Below, piece after piece: positions 36,193 through 42,399 of a stretch of DNA of 43,797 bases. Both the position numbers and the translations under genes were made by a program. The notes below the pieces were generated by a model that ran no database searches, was not told where the DNA came from, and was given only the letters and a program-made list of their open reading frames with translations. Each line of letters starts with the position of its first letter. Position 1 is the first letter of the stretch. The DNA comes from Lachnospiraceae bacterium (lineage in GTDB: Bacteria; Bacillota; Clostridia; Lachnospirales; Lachnospiraceae). The stretch covers positions 1 to 43,797 of the forward strand of contig JAIDHZ010000345.1 of assembly GCA_029052995.1 (NCBI GenBank). Direction: 5' to 3'.

Positions 36193-36593
36193 TGTAAATC
36201 ACCGCCTCTTTTTATATATGTAAATTTTTAATAAATGTAACAGTCTTTCTCAAAATATACAAACAAAAGATTACCAAGTTTATATGCAACCCGATGATCT
36301 TCATAATATTCAAGATTTGTAAATTACTTATACATATATTTTAAATAATAATCTACAATTCTTATTCCATATAAAAAACACATATAAAAATACCATAACA
36401 CAATAATAAAAGATGAGATAAACAATCTTTAATAATTTCATAACAATGACAAGTATCAATATCACAAGTTAAAAGATGTACATTTGTCCAAAACTATTTT
36501 TAAATCTCTTTTTGGGAATTTCTTTTTCAATGCTGCCTCTTATTAAATCATTATCCTCTTTTGAAAGTTCCTTTAAAATCTGTTTTAACCCCG

Positions 36594-37463
36594 CTACGCA
36601 TGTGATAACGTCGGAAACATGATTTCATCCTGTTCAAATTCATTGAATCCTTTTCCCTTCACAAATAACGTAGTATCTTCTTCCTGTATCTTTGAAATAA
36701 TATAATGTTCCGTATCCTGCGGTACAAACCCTAGTGTCACATGCTTAATGTCCTCGCCAAATGCTCTGATAACCTGATTTAAATCAACCGGTGTCTCAAA
36801 AAACACATTGTGAATCAATAGATTTTCCCCCTCTGTTTCTGCAATCACATAGGTATTTTGCTCCTCAATATAAAATACATTTTCCTGCATAAATTTTGTT
36901 ATATAAAACATAATTAAATTCACATTTTTTATCATTTCAAATCTGCTGTTGTTTACGCTCTTTTCCATAATCTGTTCAAACCGTTTCCAATCTGCCTTTT
37001 CTTTCATGGGAAGCTGTTTAACCTTCTTCTCCTCATGGATAGAAACCTGTTTTGAATACTGATACTCTGTGGTCTTTTGAAAACCAAACTTAGGATAAAA
37101 ATCCAAAACACTGTCGTTAGCAAATAAATAAAATCCATCTGCTTTTTCCCCATAGTCCTTTTCGATTTCTTGCATGAGTCGACGAATCAGACCTTTATTT
37201 CTATATTTTTCTTCTGTCATAACTGTTCCAAGCTGTATAAAATGTTTCGTTTCCCCATTCCATACGAAATCTGTAACATTAACCGATACATTAGATACTA
37301 TTTTGTCTCCATCCATTATCGAATAGGGAATATAGTTTTCTCCCCAATATCCGTTTTGATACCAGTCCTCAAAATTTAATCCGAATGTTTTTTGTGCCAG
37401 TTCATTAAAACGAAGTCTCAACGTATCATCATCTTTATATGCTTTTATTATTCTGTAATTCAT
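36594..37463 (-). CDS. GNAT family N-acetyltransferase with extra C-terminal domain
   Basis: The acetyl-CoA motif is QLGTVMTEEKYRNKGLIRRLMQEI. The start is refined to the ATG at 37463 (MNYRIIKAY), with GGAGGA upstream. Confidence 0.7.
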   Translation of the reverse strand: MNYRIIKAYKDDDTLRLRFNELAQKTFGLNFEDWYQNGYWGENYIPYSIMDGDKIVSNVSVNVTDFVWNGETKHFIQLGTVMTEEKYRNKGLIRRLMQEIEKDYGEKADGFYLFANDSVLDFYPKFGFQKTTEYQYSKQVSIHEEKKVKQLPMKEKADWKRFEQIMEKSVNNSRFEMIKNVNLIMFYITKFMQENVFYIEEQNTYVIAETEGENLLIHNVFFETPVDLNQVIRAFGEDIKHVTLGFVPQDTEHYIISKIQEEDTTLFVKGKGFNEFEQDEIMFPTLSHA

Positions 37464-37680
37464 TACCATTTCCTCCAATATGATTATCATTTTTGCGCAT
37501 AATACTGTTTAGTAAATTTTCAAAAGTCAATTTACACTACCATAATACGATATCTACATTCTATCCTGACAGAATCATTTCCACCACCTCAAAATTAATT
37601 CTAAAAAAATATGAGCCTGCCACATTAAGTAAAAATGTCCCTGATTCAAAACATTACTTAATGCAACAGCCTCATATTTC

Positions 37681-37956
37681 TTACACTATTTCATTCATTT
37701 GTCTTACAATACGTTGTATGCTTTTTTCTGACAAATAGTATTTGCATGCCAGTTGTGAAGTTTTCATTCCTTTCCGGTAATCCGCATATATCTGCTCGTT
37801 TCGTACAAATAATACCTGTTTTGTCCCGGTATTGAGTCCCCACTCCTGTCTTTTGCCAGCTTTTCTGGGAATATAAATATTCTTACCATCTACATACTGC
37901 TGTATCAATTCTATTAATTCCATCGGAAGAATCTCTTCCGCCTTTCTATAGCTCAT
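37681..37956 (-). CDS. Small Mor/sigma-region-4-like HTH protein (CD3324-like family by recollection)
   Basis: 91 aa. Contains ILPMELIELIQQYVDGKNIYIPRK and a C-terminal HTH, TSQLACKYYLSEKSIQRIVR. AGGAGG RBS. Confidence 0.5.
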   Translation of the reverse strand: MSYRKAEEILPMELIELIQQYVDGKNIYIPRKAGKRQEWGLNTGTKQVLFVRNEQIYADYRKGMKTSQLACKYYLSEKSIQRIVRQMNEIV

Positions 37957-38331
37957 GTCTGCCTCCTAATATCGTATTTCCTTAGGAATCGCATTGGCTA
38001 TAACAAATTCTTTTTCATATTGCAATAGCCGATGCTATGCAAACATAATATATTTTCTCATATACAACCCTCCATTCGCAATAAATCATTTCCCACCTTA
38101 TATTTTACACCAAAAATTAAAGACCACGCAAGCATTTTTCCTTATTCGGTGTCTCATTCATATCGCCCAATATAAATCCACACAATATCAAACTTTTCCA
38201 ATGCTTCTCGTCCGATTTGTTTCACTGGCTTCATCATAATTTCTTTGCTCTGACTTCTGTTTCGGGTAATAGACTTTTTTAAAATTTAACCTGCTGTTAA
38301 TTTATCCTCTCAATATTTAATAATGGTTCAA

Positions 38332-38360
38332 TTGTTGATTTTATATTAGATTGGTATAAT
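38332..38360 (+). promoter_or_regulatory. Candidate promoter of the XRE-TPR regulator gene
   Basis: TTGTTG (38332-37), a 17-nt spacer, then TATAAT (38355-60). Confidence 0.45.
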
Positions 38361-38405
38361 AAATACAAAGAAAGCAAAACCAGTTACAAAAAGGAGGTCT
38401 CAACT

Positions 38406-39461
38406 ATGCCACTAAACGCTATCATACGCCAAAAACGAAAAGAAATTGGACTGACACAGGAGCAGATTGCAGAATATCTCGGTGTATCTACACCGGCAGT
38501 AAACAAATGGGAAAAGGGAACAACTTATCCGGATATCTCCCTGCTATCCCCTCTTGCCAGACTGCTCCAAGTTGATTTGAACACTCTGCTCTGTTTTAAT
38601 AAGGAATTGACCGAACAGGAAATCAATCATTTTTCCAATAAAATTGTAGAAACCATTTCCCAAGAGGGATTGGATGCCGGATTCAAGCTGGCAACAGAAA
38701 AAATTCTTGAATATCCAAACTGTGCCTTACTCCTGCATTCCCTGGCAATACTCTTAGACGGTTCTCTAATTATGTCAGAATTACTTCCGCAAGAAAAAGA
38801 ACCATATCAAGAACAAATCATTTCATGGTATGAACGTGCGGCAGACTGCAATGATGAGAAAGTTAAAAACAATGCCATTTTTATGCTGACATCCAAATAT
38901 ATCGCACAGGAAAGATATGAAAGGGCACAAGAACTTATCGACAATCTGCCTGAAAAAAGTGCAATTGATAAGCGGGTATTACAAGCTAATCTTTTTTTCA
39001 GACAAAGTAAGACAATGGAAGCAATTGAAATTACGGAACGCCGGTTGCTGCAGGCTATAACCGAACTACACGGAATCTTAGTAATCCTGACGGATTTCGT
39101 GATAGCCACCGGAAATCTGGATAGAGCATCCCAGATTGCAGAAATTGCCTCTGAAACCACAAACCTATTTAATTTGTGGGGATACACTGCATTTGTGGCA
39201 CCTCTTCAGGTCGCTATTGCACAAGAAGATATGAAAAAAAGTCTCTCTCTTTTGAAATCTCTGCTTTCTTCTGCAATTAAACCCTGGAATATACAATCTT
39301 CCCCCTTATATCATTGCTTTCCAGCAAAAAATACTGGAGAATATGGTAAGAAAATCCTGCTTCCATTGCTTACAGAATTAGAAAACAGTCCGCAATATGC
39401 ATTTTTGCAATCAAATGTGGAATTTCAGAAATTGATTGAGGGGTATCGAAAAATGCAATAG
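38406..39461 (+). CDS. XRE-family HTH regulator with C-terminal TPR-like helical domain (RNPP-like architecture)
   Basis: The HTH_3 domain is IRQKRKEIGLTQEQIAEYLGVSTPAVNKWEKGTTYPD. It is followed by about 280 aa of helical repeats. AAGGAGG RBS. Confidence 0.8.
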   Translation: MPLNAIIRQKRKEIGLTQEQIAEYLGVSTPAVNKWEKGTTYPDISLLSPLARLLQVDLNTLLCFNKELTEQEINHFSNKIVETISQEGLDAGFKLATEKILEYPNCALLLHSLAILLDGSLIMSELLPQEKEPYQEQIISWYERAADCNDEKVKNNAIFMLTSKYIAQERYERAQELIDNLPEKSAIDKRVLQANLFFRQSKTMEAIEITERRLLQAITELHGILVILTDFVIATGNLDRASQIAEIASETTNLFNLWGYTAFVAPLQVAIAQEDMKKSLSLLKSLLSSAIKPWNIQSSPLYHCFPAKNTGEYGKKILLPLLTELENSPQYAFLQSNVEFQKLIEGYRKMQ

Positions 39462-39473
39462 CCGTCACCATTG

Positions 39474-40235
39474 CTACATTAAGATACCTTTCTTCTCATA
39501 TCTTTGCAGTTGATATTCCAACACTTCTTTCTCCTTGGACTGTAGCTCTGTATCCAGCCATTTGTGAACCGCCTGACAATCCAGAGAAAAACCATTTCCC
39601 AAATATTCATACATTTTTTCATGGGAACCGCAAAATGGTCTTGCAATTACTCTTTTTACATTTTCTTCTATAGAAAAATTCCAATTCACACTCTGGTTAG
39701 CGGTCAGCAGTGATACCCCATTATCAAAAATGGGAGCACATATAAAATGATCCTCTTTAAAAATCACTGCCAGATTATTCAGATGGCGGTCTTCATTTAA
39801 AACTAACATGTCCAGCATGATGACCCTTTTTAGATAATCTCTCATATCCAAATTACAGCTTTGCTTTATAAACCGCAAAACATATTCAATCCGCTCTTCC
39901 ATGAACTCCAGCCCTGCCAAAACCTGACTCAAATCTTTACCAAACTCATTGTAATACAAGCGGTAAACAGTAACCAACTCTTCCCCCTCCTGAAGAAAAT
40001 TTTTGCTCCGGCAACCCGGAATATCATTAATATACCCTGGCTCATATAACACATAACCTGCAGGCTCTATATCCGAAAAGGTCAATAGCTTCGACACCAG
40101 ATATTCTGCCATCCCCTCTTTTCCACGGCTGTCTTTTTTATACCAATAGTCACCTTTTTTGTATTTTATCTGCGTTCCCTCACTGGTTCCCATCTGTGTA
40201 ACAATATATTCTTCTTCTACTTTTTCATGAAACAT
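39474..40235 (-). CDS. HipA-like Ser/Thr kinase core domain (HipT-like), lacking the HipA N-terminal domain
   Basis: The Gly-rich loop is GTSEGTQIKY. The catalytic loop is VLNEDRHLNNLAV, matching the HipA D-x-H-x-x-N motif. The Mg-binding segment is APIFDNGVSL. The ATG lies 3 nt after the upstream stop, with GGTGAGG upstream. Confidence 0.7.
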   Translation of the reverse strand: MFHEKVEEEYIVTQMGTSEGTQIKYKKGDYWYKKDSRGKEGMAEYLVSKLLTFSDIEPAGYVLYEPGYINDIPGCRSKNFLQEGEELVTVYRLYYNEFGKDLSQVLAGLEFMEERIEYVLRFIKQSCNLDMRDYLKRVIMLDMLVLNEDRHLNNLAVIFKEDHFICAPIFDNGVSLLTANQSVNWNFSIEENVKRVIARPFCGSHEKMYEYLGNGFSLDCQAVHKWLDTELQSKEKEVLEYQLQRYEKKGILM

Positions 40236-40238
40236 ATT

Positions 40239-40925
40239 CTACCTCACCAAAACATCTTTAGCCGTTAGATTCTCACCTGGAAAACGGAACCAGATATAAT
40301 CATTATAAGATACTCCATGTGTTTTTTTCACCATTTCCTGTGGATTATATTCTTTCATTCCTAAATGGTCGAGAATCTGCCTGATATCTCCTCTTCCTTT
40401 CTCAAAGCACCGCATTTCCAAAATCCTATTCAATTGATATCTTGTCATCTTCTCCTGTGAGAATAGCTGTTTTAGTGGGTGGCTGCAATAACGGGAAACA
40501 TGCACCCCGCTCCCCTTGACCGTTACACGTGCTGTAATCTCATCCCGCCAAAATACCTCAAAGGAATAATCCTCAATCACACTCTCTTCCATACGCCGTT
40601 TCTCCATTTTCTGTAAAGTCTGCCGGAGCTGTTCACTTAGAAACTTTTGCTCTTTCTGTAGTGCCAGAAGTTCTTTTCTTCTGGAAATCTTTGCTTCCGC
40701 CTGACAAACTGCGCCGGGATATACCTTTCCCAGACACTTACACTTTATCGTTCCATTCTCTCTCCACTGCTCGTAATAGTATTTCTTTCCTTTAATCATC
40801 TTAATCACAATTGACTTCTGCTTTGTTCCCAACTCATCCAGTTCACTATCTATTCTTTCTAAATCTGCAAGAACCTTTTTCTCTTCTGATAAAATAAACT
40901 GATATATTCGTTCCAGATTTTCCAT
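40239..40925 (-). CDS. Coiled-coil protein whose C-terminal half resembles the HipA N-terminal (HipS-like) domain
   Basis: The start is refined to the ATG at 40925 (MENLERIY), 8 nt after GGAGG; the track used a TTG at 40940. Residues about 1-110 are coiled coil with IKGKKYYYEQWRENG. The C-terminal half (FEVFWRDEITARVTVKG...ILEMRCFEKGRGDIRQILDHLGMKEYNPQEMVKKTHGVSYNDYIWFR) is like N-terminal modules of Firmicute HipA-like proteins. That similarity is from my recollection. Confidence 0.5.
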   Translation of the reverse strand: MENLERIYQFILSEEKKVLADLERIDSELDELGTKQKSIVIKMIKGKKYYYEQWRENGTIKCKCLGKVYPGAVCQAEAKISRRKELLALQKEQKFLSEQLRQTLQKMEKRRMEESVIEDYSFEVFWRDEITARVTVKGSGVHVSRYCSHPLKQLFSQEKMTRYQLNRILEMRCFEKGRGDIRQILDHLGMKEYNPQEMVKKTHGVSYNDYIWFRFPGENLTAKDVLVR

Positions 40926-41056
40926 GAGAACCGCCTCCAATCGGGTATGGGTGTGCTGTGGTTTATTATACTTTACATGTTAACATATATTTTTTATGTT
41001 TTCAATAAGTGTATGTTAAACTTGTTTTATAAAATAATTCTTTATAACAACAACGC

Positions 41057-41086
41057 AAAAATGGAAGACTTTCATCTCCCATTTTT
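41057..41086. terminator. Terminator-like hairpin between the helicase remnant and the hip-like operon
   Basis: AAAAATGGAAG pairs with CTCCCATTTTT at 10 of 11 positions across an 8-nt loop. Confidence 0.45.
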
Positions 41087-41162
41087 ATACTACAATATTC
41101 TCTTTAACTTCTCAATCAGTCCTTCATCTGCCGGCAGCCAGCCTACACTATCTAAGGTCTCT

Positions 41163-41378
41163 TCAAAACTTTGATTCAAAATACTGAATAATCCGTTGAT
41201 AGCTATCGGCTCCGGCACGATGTACCTCATCAATGATAATGGTATCAATTTCATCTGTTTTAAAACGTTCGAGCGTTTCCTTCTTTGCCATCGTTTGCAT
41301 AGTAGAAAATAGATAATCGGCTTTGTAATCTTTGTATCCACCAAAAAGAAGTCCAAAAGTTTTAGTATCGCCAAATAT
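41163..41378 (-). pseudogene. About 70-codon remnant of a DEAD/DEAH-box (type III restriction res-subunit-like) helicase
   Basis: A minus-strand frame different from the track ORF reads IFGDTKTFGLLFGGYKDYKADYLFSTMQTMAKKETLERFKTDEIDTIIIDEVHRAGADSYQRIIQYFESKF. This covers motif II (DEVH) and its flanks. It is bounded by stop codons, with no start, motif I or motifs III-VI. Confidence 0.55.
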
Positions 41379-41434
41379 TCATGCAAGCATGTCTACCCGG
41401 CTCATTGCATGTGGAAATGAAAAACATCTGATTT

Positions 41435-42178
41435 TTATGCTTTCGAAGCACCATCTACAGATAAAATTTCTCCTGTTACATAACTTGCCATATCGCTTGC
41501 CAGATAAAGGAATGCATCTGCTACTTCTTCCGGCTCACCCGGTCTTCCTATCGGAATGCCCGCAGAAATTCTCTGTACTACCTGCTCCGGTAATGATGCC
41601 ACCATATCTGTTTTGGTTACACCCGGAGCTACCGCATTGACACGGATATTGTCCTTTCCAAGCTCTCTTGCTAAAGAAATGGTTAAACCGTTTACTGCAA
41701 ACTTGCTGGCCGGATAGCCTACACCTGCCGGCTGACCGGAGATACTTACCATAGAACTTGTATTAATGATGCATCCACCACCTTGTTCCTTCATAATCTT
41801 TGCTGCCGGTAAAATAGCATAAAAGACTGCCTTGACATTCAAATCAATGACTTTATCAAATTCCTCTGAAGTGTAGTCATATAAAGGTGTACTTTGGGAA
41901 ATACCTGCATTGTTTACCAGAATATCAATTCTTCCAAACTTTTCTTTTACTTCTGAAATTGCTTTCTCCACTTCAGCGGCATCCGTAAGCTTGGGGAACT
42001 TTCCCTCTACTTCCCATTCCGAATTTTCCTCATTTAACTTCTGCAGTGCCTTATCCACTGACTCCTGCCTTGAACCAAATAATACTACCTTTGCGCCATT
42101 CATAAGATATTTGCGGACAACCTCAAAACCAATCCCCCTTGTTCCACCTGTAACAACTGCTACTTTTCCTTTTAACAT
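41435..42178 (-). CDS. Short-chain dehydrogenase/reductase (FabG-like)
   Basis: Contains TGGTRGIG, NNAG, and catalytic Ser plus YPASK. The start is refined to the ATG at 42178 (MLKGKVAVVTGG), with AAGGAAGG upstream. Confidence 0.85.
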   Translation of the reverse strand: MLKGKVAVVTGGTRGIGFEVVRKYLMNGAKVVLFGSRQESVDKALQKLNEENSEWEVEGKFPKLTDAAEVEKAISEVKEKFGRIDILVNNAGISQSTPLYDYTSEEFDKVIDLNVKAVFYAILPAAKIMKEQGGGCIINTSSMVSISGQPAGVGYPASKFAVNGLTISLARELGKDNIRVNAVAPGVTKTDMVASLPEQVVQRISAGIPIGRPGEPEEVADAFLYLASDMASYVTGEILSVDGASKA

Positions 42179-42243
42179 AAATAGACCTTCCTTTCTTTGC
42201 TGCATAACCTATGCCTCTGCAATATACTCTAAATTGTACCCTT

Positions 42244-42272
42244 ATTGTATAACATAATATGCTTTTCTTCAA
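42244..42272 (-). promoter_or_regulatory. Candidate promoter of the SDR gene
   Basis: The minus strand reads TTGAAG (42272-67), a 17-nt spacer, then TACAAT (42249-44). Confidence 0.4.
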
Positions 42273-42399
42273 CTTTATAATTGATCTGAGTAAAATATCT
42301 GTTACAGTAAAGCTGATGAACCTGCGTTTGAACTGTATACAGAAAAAGAATACAAAAAATTAAATTCCTAAAAATTATCTTGCAAACGAAATATAATAA

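Noticed and set aside
36328-36441. A 37-codon hydrophobic ORF (MKLLKIVYLIFYYCVMVFLYVFFIW...) in the AT-rich gap.
   Set aside because: It has no Shine-Dalgarno. Phe/Tyr/Ile/Leu-rich ORFs arise readily in AT-rich sequence.
37994-38239. An 81-aa plus-strand ORF upstream of the XRE-TPR gene, considered as a possible signalling pro-peptide.
   Set aside because: It has no RBS, no signal-peptide-like N-terminus and low-complexity composition. It overlaps the leader of the divergent Mor-like gene.
41090-41386. A 98-aa track ORF.
   Set aside because: A different frame of the same stretch gives a clean helicase motif II region. The 98-aa ORF is an out-of-frame shadow of that pseudogene remnant.
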